Positions 18,822-26,492 of a stretch of DNA of 32,000 bases are shown here, in pieces; position 1 is the first letter of the stretch, and every line of letters begins with the position of its first letter. Origin of the DNA: Candidatus Velamenicoccus archaeovorus (GTDB lineage Bacteria > Omnitrophota > Gorgyraeia > Velamenicoccales > Velamenicoccaceae); contig NZ_CP019384.1 in the NCBI RefSeq assembly GCF_004102945.1, positions 1,260,001 through 1,292,000 on the forward strand, read 5' to 3'. The position numbers and the translations under genes are program-made. The notes beneath the pieces are model-generated. The model made no database searches. It worked only from the letters and a program-made list of their open reading frames with translations, and had not been told where the DNA came from.

Positions 18822-18898
18822 ACGCTTGGAGTTAATCTCGCCGGAGGCGAGATTAGGCCCTCCGCTATGCGGTATTGCGGAGGCCTATCCTTTGTGGA

Positions 18899-20122
18899 CT
18901 AATCCAGCCAATGACCCAGCTTCTCCTTTTTCGTCTCGAGATATTTCCTGTTCGTTTCGGACCGCTCCGTATGGATCGGCACACGCTCGACGATATGAAG
19001 CCCATATCCTTCCAGGCCGACGATCTTACGCGGATTATTCGTCAACAGCCGGATCTTTCTGGCGCCTAGGTCCGAAAGGATCTGAGCTCCGATCCCGTAA
19101 TCGCGCAGATCGGGCGCAAACCCCAAGGCCTCGTTGGCTTCCACCGTATCCAGGCCGCTATCCTGGAGCGCATAAGCTTTTAATTTATTGGCCAGGCCGA
19201 TGCCGCGGCCCTCCTGTTTCATATACAGGATAATACCCCTCTTCTCGGCCGAAACGAGCTGCATCGCTTTTTTGAGCTGCGCCCCGCAGTCGCAGCGTAA
19301 AGAGCCGAAAACGTCTCCGGTCAAACATTCCGAATGGACCCGAACGAGGACTGCCGCATCTTCCGGTTTCAGGCCGCCCTCCAACCCCATACACAGGGCC
19401 AAGTGATGCGTCCGGTCCAGAAGGGATTCATAAAGGATCATCTGAAACAGGCCGTAAGGCGTCGGAAGCTTCGTCGCAGCGATCCTCTTGATGAAGACCT
19501 CTTTCTTGCGCCGGTATTCGATCAGATTCTCGATCGAACAGATCTTGAGGCCGTGTTTCTTTGAAAATGCCATGAGATCCGGCAGCCGCGCCATGGTGCC
19601 GTCCTCATTCATGATCTCGCAGATGACGCCGGCCGGATACAACCCCGCAAGCCTGGCCAGATCGACAGAAGCCTCCGTGTGGCCGGCGCGGACCAGGACA
19701 CCGCCTGCGCGCGCGCGCAAAGGAAAAAGATGCCCCGGCCTGATAAAATCCGAAGGCCTGGCATCGGATGCAATAAGCCTGGCGATCGTATGGGCGCGGT
19801 CGTGGGCGGAAATGCCTGTGGTCACGCCTTCCCTTGCGTCGACGGAGATCATCCATGCCGTCGCGTAAGGATCGCGCTGGGGCACCGCCCCCTTCGCGAA
19901 GACCATCGGAAAGATCTCAAGCGCATTCAGCCGCTCTTCTTCCATGGTCACGCACACCAATCCGCGGCCGTGCTTGGTCATGAAATTAATGTGCGCCGGC
20001 TTCGCAAACTCCGCGGCCATGACCAGATCGCCCTCGTTCTCGCGGTCCTCGTCATCAACCACAATGACCATCTTGCCCTGCTTCAAATCTTCCAGAATCT
20101 CTTCAATAGTATTCAGGCTCAT
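18899..20122 (-). CDS. ribBA: Bifunctional 3,4-dihydroxy-2-butanone-4-phosphate synthase / GTP cyclohydrolase II
   Basis: 407 aa. The N-terminal DHBP synthase region ([22 protein letters not shown]) and the C-terminal GTP cyclohydrolase II region ([27 protein letters not shown]) are both present. Confidence 0.95.
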   Translation of the reverse strand: MSLNTIEEILEDLKQGKMVIVVDDEDRENEGDLVMAAEFAKPAHINFMTKHGRGLVCVTMEEERLNALEIFPMVFAKGAVPQRDPYATAWMISVDAREGVTTGISAHDRAHTIARLIASDARPSDFIRPGHLFPLRARAGGVLVRAGHTEASVDLARLAGLYPAGVICEIMNEDGTMARLPDLMAFSKKHGLKICSIENLIEYRRKKEVFIKRIAATKLPTPYGLFQMILYESLLDRTHHLALCMGLEGGLKPEDAAVLVRVHSECLTGDVFGSLRCDCGAQLKKAMQLVSAEKRGIILYMKQEGRGIGLANKLKAYALQDSGLDTVEANEALGFAPDLRDYGIGAQILSDLGARKIRLLTNNPRKIVGLEGYGLHIVERVPIHTERSETNRKYLETKKEKLGHWLD

Positions 20123-20184
20123 GGTTTACCATCTGTGTAATCTGGTTTTTTTAATCTGTGCCATCGACGGCCTCGCAGAGGCCG

Positions 20185-20221
20185 AAAAAAATCCCGAAGC
20201 CAAAAACAGACTTCGGGATAG
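20185..20221 (-). terminator. Intrinsic terminator, the expression platform of the FMN riboswitch
   Basis: Minus strand: (ct)atcccgaag-tctgtttttgg-cttcgggat followed by TTTTTTT (20191-20185). It lies 63 nt upstream of the ribBA ATG. Confidence 0.85.
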
Positions 20222-20250
20222 TAGACAAAACCCTGACAACCGGTCGTCCT

Positions 20251-20498
20251 GATCTTCTCTCATCTAGGCTTTAAATCCTTCACGGCCATCCATCTTACAA
20301 TAACCGCTCAGGATCACCCGAAAAAACCGGGCAACTATTGGCCCAAGAATCTCACTTGGTCTGGTCCGACTTTAACATCGAACCTCGCAGGCTTGTTTCG
20401 CCGGAAAGCTCTACAGGGCGCTTCTGACGAGACTAACTGCCAGCCGGGACTTCCACCCGTATCCATCGGCATTTGCGCGATGGACTATCCCGAAGATC
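20251..20498 (-). promoter_or_regulatory. FMN riboswitch (RFN element), unusually long (~248 nt)
   Basis: On the minus strand the 5' end is GATCTTCGGG and the 3' end is AAAGCCTAGATGAGAGAAGATC, giving P1 as GATCTTC/GAAGATC. Other matches to the consensus as I recall it: GGGTGGAAGTCCCGGCTGGCAG (consensus GGGUGAAAUUCCCGACCGGCGG), AAGCCTGCGAGG (AGCCCGCGAGC), a P4 hairpin at 20363-20384, and P5 CCAAG-TGAGATT-CTTGG-GCC (CCGG-UGAGAUU-CCGG-GGCC). It lies upstream of ribBA. No covariance model was run. Confidence 0.8.
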
Positions 20499-20506
20499 GT
20501 TTTATA

Positions 20507-20534
20507 AATATATCATCTTATGCCAAATTGTCAA
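20507..20534 (-). promoter_or_regulatory. sigma70 promoter of the riboswitch-ribBA-ribH unit
   Basis: Minus strand: TTGACA (20534-20529), 16 nt spacer, TATATT (20512-20507). The predicted transcription start near 20500 is about 2 nt before riboswitch P1. Confidence 0.7.
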
Positions 20535-20556
20535 GCGGTTCGTTTCGGTGTATAAT
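20528..20556 (+). promoter_or_regulatory. sigma70 promoter of pncC-thpR, predicting a leaderless or near-leaderless mRNA
   Basis: Plus strand: TTGTCA (20528-20533), 17 nt spacer, TATAAT (20551-20556). The ATG is at 20563, 7 nt after the -10, with no Shine-Dalgarno in between. Confidence 0.65.
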
Positions 20557-20562
20557 ACTGCC

Positions 20563-21027
20563 ATGATCGAAAAGACCGTTGCCGGAATCCTGCGACACAA
20601 ACACCTGACCCTCGCCGTGGCCGAATCCTGCACGGGAGGACTGATCGCCTCCCGGCTCACGGACATCCCGGGCAGCTCCGGCTATTTTGTCGCCGGCATC
20701 GTGGCCTACGCCAACGAAGCCAAGATCAAAACCCTGGGAATCGACCATGAAACGATCAGAAAATTCGGCGCCGTTTCGCGTCAGACGGCCATGGCCATGG
20801 CCCAGAACGTCCGCCACCTCTTCGGCGCCCACATAGGCCTGGCCGTTACGGGCATCGCCGGTCCCGGCGGCGGGTCAACAGCCAAACCTGTTGGGACGGT
20901 TTTCATCTCTGTCAGCCTGGGCCGCCGGACATATTTCAAAAAATACCAGTTCCATGGCACCCGTCTTGAGATTAAAAAACTCGCCAAAAACGCCGCTCTT
21001 GGGCTCCTAAAAGAATGTCTCAGTTGA
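20563..21027 (+). CDS. pncC: Nicotinamide-nucleotide amidohydrolase PncC (CinA C-terminal domain)
   Basis: LTLAVAESCTGGLIASRLTDIPGSSGYFVAGIVAYANEAK is the CinA/PncC signature. The ORF-track TTG start at 20473 lies upstream of the promoter and inside the riboswitch, so ATG 20563 is preferred. Confidence 0.88.
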   Translation: MIEKTVAGILRHKHLTLAVAESCTGGLIASRLTDIPGSSGYFVAGIVAYANEAKIKTLGIDHETIRKFGAVSRQTAMAMAQNVRHLFGAHIGLAVTGIAGPGGGSTAKPVGTVFISVSLGRRTYFKKYQFHGTRLEIKKLAKNAALGLLKECLS

Positions 21028-21590
21028 AACGCCTCTTCATCGCGGTCGAGCTCCCCAAAGAGATCAAGGAATATCTCGGCAGCGCCGTCCGGACGCTTCA
21101 GGAAACGGGCGCAGATGCCAAATGGGTGGAGTCCAAAAACATCCATTTAACCCTGAAATTCCTCGGCGCTACCCCGGTAGAGACGATCCCCGCCATCCGC
21201 AGGGCCATGACGGCTGTCACGGATAACGCACGCGCCGTGCCGACATCCCTGGAGACATTCGGAGGCTTTCCTTCTCTTTCGGCGCCGCGAGTCTTGTGGG
21301 TCTCGCTTACCGATAAGGAAAAACATCTGGAACGCATCGTCCGGGAACTGGAAGACTCTCTCTCGGCCGTCGGATTTGCCAAAGAAAACAGGCCCTTCAA
21401 AGCCCATATCACCCTGGCCAGGCTGCGCTCCTCCCGCAACCGCCTGAGCCTGACCGAGGCTGCCCGGAAATTCCAGGCGGTCCTGGAACATCCCGCTTTC
21501 AAAATAGACAATATCACATTGTTTGAAAGCGTTCTCGGCCCCAAAGGTCCCGCCTATTCTATCATCGAGCAAATCAAGCTTAATACTTAA
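21015..21590 (+). CDS. thpR: RNA 2',3'-cyclic phosphodiesterase ThpR (LigT, 2H phosphoesterase)
   Basis: 191 aa with two HxTx motifs (HLTLKF and HITLAR) at the typical spacing. It overlaps the pncC stop by 13 nt. Confidence 0.88.
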   Translation: MSQLKRLFIAVELPKEIKEYLGSAVRTLQETGADAKWVESKNIHLTLKFLGATPVETIPAIRRAMTAVTDNARAVPTSLETFGGFPSLSAPRVLWVSLTDKEKHLERIVRELEDSLSAVGFAKENRPFKAHITLARLRSSRNRLSLTEAARKFQAVLEHPAFKIDNITLFESVLGPKGPAYSIIEQIKLNT

Positions 21591-21748
21591 ACAAATAAGC
21601 AATAACTCTCTCTCCGAGAGGCAATAACCAAGGAATACCCGAGTCCCAATGGCCAAACAAAGTTCTCTGTTTGATCATTGGTCATTGAGAATTATTTGGT
21701 TATTGTTCCGTGATTGGTTCTTGGGATTTGGTTAGGCGAGACAGAAGG

Positions 21749-22336
21749 CTATTCTAAAAAAGAAAGGATCTCGGACTTCGAAGAAAGCACGAACTTGATG
21801 TACATGCCGGAGAGGAACTTCAGGTCGGATTCGGCGATGAAATCCTCCGGATTGGTTGTGGCCACGACGAGCATATTATTTTCCACCCGGATCGGAAAAA
21901 CGCAATATTTTCTCAAGGCGTCCATCGGAACACACGAAACAGCCTCCGGAGAGATATCCTGTTCCACCAGGCGCACATACGGGATACTGTACTGCAAAGA
22001 GAGCCCTTCCATCAGGTCGGACTCGGCAATATAGCCCTTATCGATCAATATCTCCCCGAGGGACTTCATGGAATTCCTCTGTTCGTCCATGGCCGAATGA
22101 AGCTGATCGAAAGTGATCAGCCTGCGGCCGATCAAAAACTCGCCCAAACGGGAACCATATTGGCGGGCAAGCGCGCTGTCAAGCTTCTCTTTTGTCGTAA
22201 AACCCAAATCAACAATGATCTCGCCCAAAAGTTTTTTTTCGCGCCTCTGGGTCTCCAGGGCCTCCAAAAGCTGGCTCTCGGTCAATAAACCGTTTTCAAC
22301 AAGAAGGTCGCCTAATTTTCTCGGGATTTTTGCCAT
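21749..22336 (-). CDS. Stand-alone MshEN / T2SSE_N (GspE-PilB N1) domain protein, predicted c-di-GMP binding
   Basis: Four 24-residue xLGxx[LIV][LIV]xxGxxxxxxLxxxLxxQ motifs form two pairs, each pair separated by a 5-residue spacer: KLGDLLVENGLLTESQLLEALETQ-RREKK-LLGEIIVDLGFTTKEKLDSALARQ, then RLGEFLIG...DEQ-RNSMK-SLGEILIDKGYIAESDLMEGLSLQ. A T2SSE_N-type tail follows (IPYVRL...VFPIRVENNMLVVATTNP). ATG 22336 preferred. Confidence 0.8.
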   Translation of the reverse strand: MAKIPRKLGDLLVENGLLTESQLLEALETQRREKKLLGEIIVDLGFTTKEKLDSALARQYGSRLGEFLIGRRLITFDQLHSAMDEQRNSMKSLGEILIDKGYIAESDLMEGLSLQYSIPYVRLVEQDISPEAVSCVPMDALRKYCVFPIRVENNMLVVATTNPEDFIAESDLKFLSGMYIKFVLSSKSEILSFLE

Positions 22337-22343
22337 AGATAAC

Positions 22344-23492
22344 CTACTCCAATGCAAGCACGCGGTCTACTTCGTCCTGGGTCGTCAACCCCTGCGCGAT
22401 AAGCGGCTCAATTGACCTGGAAAATGAAATCATCCCTTGTTCCAGGGCGGCCGTCTTCAACTCATTCGACGAGGCCTTTTGAAGGATCAGCTGACGCAAG
22501 GGCTCGTTGATACGCAATACCTCAAAGATCCCGGTGCGCCTCTTGTAGCCGGTATTGGCACACTGCACGCATCCTTTTCCCTTGCAGATCTTGCACACAA
22601 GCCTCACCAGACGCTGTGTCACGACACCCGTCAGGGCTGTCGCCAGGAAAAAAGACTCGACACCCATATCCAGGAGGCGCACGATCGTATTGACGGCATC
22701 GCGGGCATGCAATGTCGAAAAAATCAACGAACCCGCCAAAGCCGCCTGAAGCGCCGTGCGTACGGTCTCGACGTCCCGGATCTCGCCGACAGCGATGATA
22801 TTCGGGTCCTGACGCATGATGGCGCGCAGCCCCGAAACAAACGTCATGCCAAACTCATGGTCCACCTGGATCTGATTGACCCCCAAGAACTTCACCTCCA
22901 CGGGATCCTCGATCGTGCAGATGTTCTTTTCGCGCGTGTAGATGTGTTTCAGGATCGAATACAAAGTCGTCGTCTTGCCGGAACCCGTCGGACCGCTGAT
23001 CACGACAAATCCTTCGGGCTTGTAAATCATGTCATCGAGGCTCTGCTGGATCTCATGGGGCATCCCCAGATCATCCAAATTCATGCAATATTTGTTGCGG
23101 TCCATGAGCCTCATGACGATCTTCTCGCCAAGGATGGTCGGCATGGTCGCCACCCTGATGTCGTATTCCACATTTTCAAACAGGAACGAAAACCTGCCGT
23201 CCTGTTCCCGCCGCCTCTTGGTGGGGTCCATCATCGCCATGATCTTGATGGCGTTGATCAAAGATCCCAGCCGGGTCTTCTCGTGGCTGATGCGCTCGGC
23301 GTCTTTTAAAATACCGTCGACCCTAAAACGGACGACGATTTCTTCCTCTCCCGAGTTCACGATAGGTTCCCAATGGATATCGGTCGCCCGTTCCTTGATG
23401 CCCCGCTGGATAAAACTATAGACCATATCCAGCGTTTCCTGGCGGACCTCCTGCCTGCGCTCTATGCCACCCCTATCTTGTTCAAAAGCCAT
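22344..23492 (-). CDS. Type II secretion / type IV pilus assembly ATPase (GspE/PilB family), N2 plus ATPase domains only
   Basis: Walker A GPTGSGKTT, Asp/Walker B region DPNIIAVGEIRD, His box STLHA, tetracysteine CKICKGKGCVQC. The N-terminus begins directly with the N2-type DIHWEP...VRFRVDG region and has no N1 domain. Start is ambiguous (ATG 23492 or TTG 23537). Confidence 0.88.
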   Translation of the reverse strand: MAFEQDRGGIERRQEVRQETLDMVYSFIQRGIKERATDIHWEPIVNSGEEEIVVRFRVDGILKDAERISHEKTRLGSLINAIKIMAMMDPTKRRREQDGRFSFLFENVEYDIRVATMPTILGEKIVMRLMDRNKYCMNLDDLGMPHEIQQSLDDMIYKPEGFVVISGPTGSGKTTTLYSILKHIYTREKNICTIEDPVEVKFLGVNQIQVDHEFGMTFVSGLRAIMRQDPNIIAVGEIRDVETVRTALQAALAGSLIFSTLHARDAVNTIVRLLDMGVESFFLATALTGVVTQRLVRLVCKICKGKGCVQCANTGYKRRTGIFEVLRINEPLRQLILQKASSNELKTAALEQGMISFSRSIEPLIAQGLTTQDEVDRVLALE

Positions 23493-23652
23493 AAGCCCTT
23501 TCTCTGCGGCGCCTTCTTGTTGTGCCCATCCGGGCAAAACCTGCCTTGTTTAAACGATCAACTCCTGCCTTCTCGGAAAGACGAAGTTTGCTACGCGGGT
23601 TGATGTCGAGCCATTTTATTCCCGCTTCAAACAGGGTTTTAAATGACAAATA

Positions 23653-23925
23653 TATGGAGCCCCACGGCCTTACAGCCCTCGGCTTCGCCGAGAGGCGAGC
23701 CGTGGTGCCTGTCTGCCTTCCAGCGATCGAACGACATCTCATCCGGCCTTCGGCGGGACCTCGCCCGCCACAGGGTGGCGGGCCGTAGCGCACCTATCCT
23801 GCATTTCCGCCTTTTGGCGAGGCCTCGCCGGCTAAAAGCCGGCGGGCATCCACGGGTTCACACCCGTGGTTTTCCCGCCAGAGGCTCTCTGGCTCGTCCA
23901 AGGCGGCTGTGCGAAGGCGGATAAA
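23653..23925. repeat. 273-bp hairpin-dense intergenic element, copy B
   Basis: Collinear with 4061-4333 at an offset of 19592, same orientation, 11 mismatches and no indels by my alignment. Confidence 0.85.
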
Positions 23926-23986
23926 AAATTCCCTCTTTCCTCCGCCAGGACACAACAGAGGCTTTAAGAACACCTCTTGGCTCGCA

Positions 23987-24023
23987 TTTACCCCGTTAGA
24001 AATTATATTTCTAACGGGGTAAA
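23987..24023. repeat. Perfect 17-bp-arm palindrome (3-nt centre)
   Basis: tttaccccgttagaaat-tat-atttctaacggggtaaa. It lies 63 nt downstream of the pgpA stop and 62 nt from repeat copy B. Confidence 0.85.
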
Positions 24024-24085
24024 GTAATACCATTGTAACCAAAAGGAATTTTCAGAGCAAGTCATTTTTGATTGCCTGCATGGCC

Positions 24086-24541
24086 CTATAGCTTTACCAG
24101 CAACCCGACCAGGCGCAAAACCGCCTGGGCGTAGAGACCGCACAGAAGATCATCAAGCATAATGCCTGCACTGCCCGCCAACCGCTCAAGCCGCCGGGCC
24201 GGCGGCGGCTTCAGGATATCGAAGAGGCGGTACAGAATGAACCCCAAGAGGATGACGGGCCAGGTCAGCCTCAAGCCTAAAAATACCAAAAATATCCCTG
24301 CAACCTCATCGATGACGACAGGCTTAGGGTCCCTTGTCCCGAAAACACCCTCGGCACGACCGGCGACCAGAAATCCAATGAGGGTTACGGCCGCAAAGGC
24401 GCACACATGTCCGATCGTCGTCTCAGCACCGATAGCCAAATACAACAACATCCCCCCCGCGCTCCCCCATGTCCCCGGCGCAAACGGCATTTCTCCAAGA
24501 TAAAAAAAAGTGGCCAGAAGTTTGATCAGATGTCTCTTCAT
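24086..24541 (-). CDS. pgpA: Phosphatidylglycerophosphatase A
   Basis: 151 aa membrane protein with FYLGEMPFAPGTWGS, VIDEVAG, FDILKPPP and GIMLDD, the PgpA signature. Confidence 0.88.
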   Translation of the reverse strand: MKRHLIKLLATFFYLGEMPFAPGTWGSAGGMLLYLAIGAETTIGHVCAFAAVTLIGFLVAGRAEGVFGTRDPKPVVIDEVAGIFLVFLGLRLTWPVILLGFILYRLFDILKPPPARRLERLAGSAGIMLDDLLCGLYAQAVLRLVGLLVKL

Positions 24542-25116
24542 AACGTCCTGATGAGATGACGGTTTCGCCAGAGATAAACCAACCCTGAATAAACCGTAAA
24601 AAACACAGCTAGGCCGACCATGACATGGATACCCATGCGGAAGGAAGATTCAAACGTCTCGTTCCAAAAAGAAAAGTAAGATCCCGACTCTCTAAGGATA
24701 AGAAAGATAAGGATGCAGATGATCGCTCCCATCTGGGAGACGGTCTTATGCTTGCCGGCGCTTTCTGCAGCGAGGACAACACCCCGCCGCAGCGCAAAAA
24801 TTCTCATCCCGGTGATCAGGAATTCACGCACGACGATGACGACGACCACCCATGCCCCCATCAGCTGCAACTGCACAAAAGTCAAAAACAACCCCACCAC
24901 CAAGACTTTATCCGCCAAGGGGTCCATGATTTTGCCGAAATCGGAAATAAGGCCTTTTTTGCGGGCCACCCATCCATCCAGAAAGTCCGTCGCACAAGCC
25001 GCAAGAAACAACAGGAAAGCCGCGCAGGTCATGGCAAAATTTTTCGCGAAGAGAAACGCCATGATCACAAAAGTCAAAACAATGCGAGATAAGGTCAAAT
25101 AATTAGGCAAATTCAT
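24538..25116 (-). CDS. pgsA: CDP-diacylglycerol--glycerol-3-phosphate 3-phosphatidyltransferase
   Basis: 192 aa with the CDP-alcohol phosphatidyltransferase motif DFLDGWVARKKGLISDFGKIMDPLADK. It overlaps rimO and pgpA by 4 nt each. Confidence 0.92.
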   Translation of the reverse strand: MNLPNYLTLSRIVLTFVIMAFLFAKNFAMTCAAFLLFLAACATDFLDGWVARKKGLISDFGKIMDPLADKVLVVGLFLTFVQLQLMGAWVVVVIVVREFLITGMRIFALRRGVVLAAESAGKHKTVSQMGAIICILIFLILRESGSYFSFWNETFESSFRMGIHVMVGLAVFFTVYSGLVYLWRNRHLIRTL

Positions 25117-26432
25117 ATGGTCTCTCCCGCCAAGTCATATTCAAAGGCATCCGTGATACGGCATCTGACGATCTGTCCCGGCCCAAGCTTGTTCGGCGAG
25201 GCTAAATACACCAATCCGTCGACCTCCGGCGCGTCCCATGGCGTACGCGCCAGATACATCCGGCGGTCCCGCGTGACCTCTTCCACCAGGACCGGCGTCG
25301 TCCTGCCGATCTTTTTTTCAAGCAAAGAGAGGGAAATGCCTTTCTGCGCCTCCATCAGTTCGTGATAGCGCCTCTCTTTTTCCTTGCTGGGCACCTGCCC
25401 GCGATAGCCGTAAGCCCGCGTGCCCTCTTCCCGGGAAAACATGAATGCGCCGAGCTTGTCAAAATGCATCTCGCGGACGAAATCCAGAAGTTCCCGGAAT
25501 TCTTTCTTCGTCTCGCCGGGAAAACCCACGATGAATGTCGTGCGAAGCGCAATCGACGAGACTCTGTCGCGTAACGCCGAGATCAGGCGAACGATCTCCC
25601 GCCGCGGCGTCGGCCGCCCCATGCGCCTGAGAATGCGATCATTGATATGTTGCAGCGGCAGATCAACGTAAGGACACAGGCGGCCCTGCTGGCCCAAAAG
25701 CTCCATCACATCCTCTCCGATCCCCTGAGGATGAAGATACATCAGCCTGATCCAGGGGATGGAGGTTTCATGCAGGATCTTTTTCACCAACCCCACCAGC
25801 GGCAGGCCTGGCCGCGACGAGCGGCCGGGCCGCTTTCTGCGGTCGTCGCAACCGTAAAGGGTGATGTCCTGTCCGACGATATTCAACTCCCTGACACCGC
25901 ATCTCTCCAGACGGACAGCCTCTTCAATAAGCTCAGCCTCCGAACGGCTCCTGGAACGCCCTTTGATCAAGGGGATCGCGCAATATGTGCAACGGTTATT
26001 GCAGCCTTCGGATATTTTCAGATACGCATAATGACGAGGCGTCAACAGGACGGGCGGACCGCCCGGCGACCGCGCATCCGTTTCCGGCACGAGCCCTCCG
26101 ACGACATCAATATCCTCATAGCCTTGGCGGATATCTTTCCTGTACCGTTCGGCCAAACACCCTAAAACAAGGATGCTCTCGATCCTCCCCTTTTTCTTGC
26201 GATCGAGCCACTCCGCGATGACGCCCAGCGATTCCTCTTTGGCCTCCCGGGTGAAGCCGCAGGTATTGATCAAGACCACGCGGGCATCCTGCGCAGACGA
26301 AATAACGGCGCCCCTCTTCCTGGCCTCCTGAAGAAAAACCTGTGAATCAACGGTATTGCGGGCGCACCCCAGACTCACGATGGCCGTCTTCTTGCCCCTA
26401 AAATCAAAATGCTCAAAAGAATCGCTCTTCAT
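25113..26432 (-). CDS. rimO: Ribosomal protein S12 methylthiotransferase RimO
   Basis: 439 aa. The N-terminal VSLGCARNTVDSQ is RimO-type, the radical SAM motif is CNNRCTYC, and the C-terminus looks like a TRAM domain. The rimO-pgsA pairing is common. Confidence 0.85.
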   Translation of the reverse strand: MKSDSFEHFDFRGKKTAIVSLGCARNTVDSQVFLQEARKRGAVISSAQDARVVLINTCGFTREAKEESLGVIAEWLDRKKKGRIESILVLGCLAERYRKDIRQGYEDIDVVGGLVPETDARSPGGPPVLLTPRHYAYLKISEGCNNRCTYCAIPLIKGRSRSRSEAELIEEAVRLERCGVRELNIVGQDITLYGCDDRRKRPGRSSRPGLPLVGLVKKILHETSIPWIRLMYLHPQGIGEDVMELLGQQGRLCPYVDLPLQHINDRILRRMGRPTPRREIVRLISALRDRVSSIALRTTFIVGFPGETKKEFRELLDFVREMHFDKLGAFMFSREEGTRAYGYRGQVPSKEKERRYHELMEAQKGISLSLLEKKIGRTTPVLVEEVTRDRRMYLARTPWDAPEVDGLVYLASPNKLGPGQIVRCRITDAFEYDLAGETI

Positions 26433-26492
26433 GCCGGATATTTTTTAATCGCGTGAGGACGTGGCCGGTGGCCGGATTCGGATAAGGAAGGA

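Noticed and set aside
20251-20445. First impression of two tandem degenerate RFN-like fragments
   Set aside because: Extending the comparison to 20498 shows a single aptamer. The ATCTTCGGG 5' end pairs with the GAAGATC 3' end, and the apparent duplicates are P2/P3 on one side and P5/P6 on the other, separated by insertions.
20473-20562. TTG start for pncC at 20473
   Set aside because: That start would place the coding sequence across the divergent promoters and the riboswitch P1. The conserved CinA/PncC domain begins just after ATG 20563.
21646-21710. Hairpin ccaatg..caaaca-aagttctc-tgtttg..cattgg followed by a T-rich tract, as the thpR terminator
   Set aside because: The stem is interrupted and AT-rich and the T-tract is broken. 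It is plausible but too weak to list as a feature.
23987-24023. Palindrome as the intrinsic terminator of pgpA
   Set aside because: On both strands the T-run precedes the stem and the A-run follows it, the reverse of what a rho-independent terminator needs.
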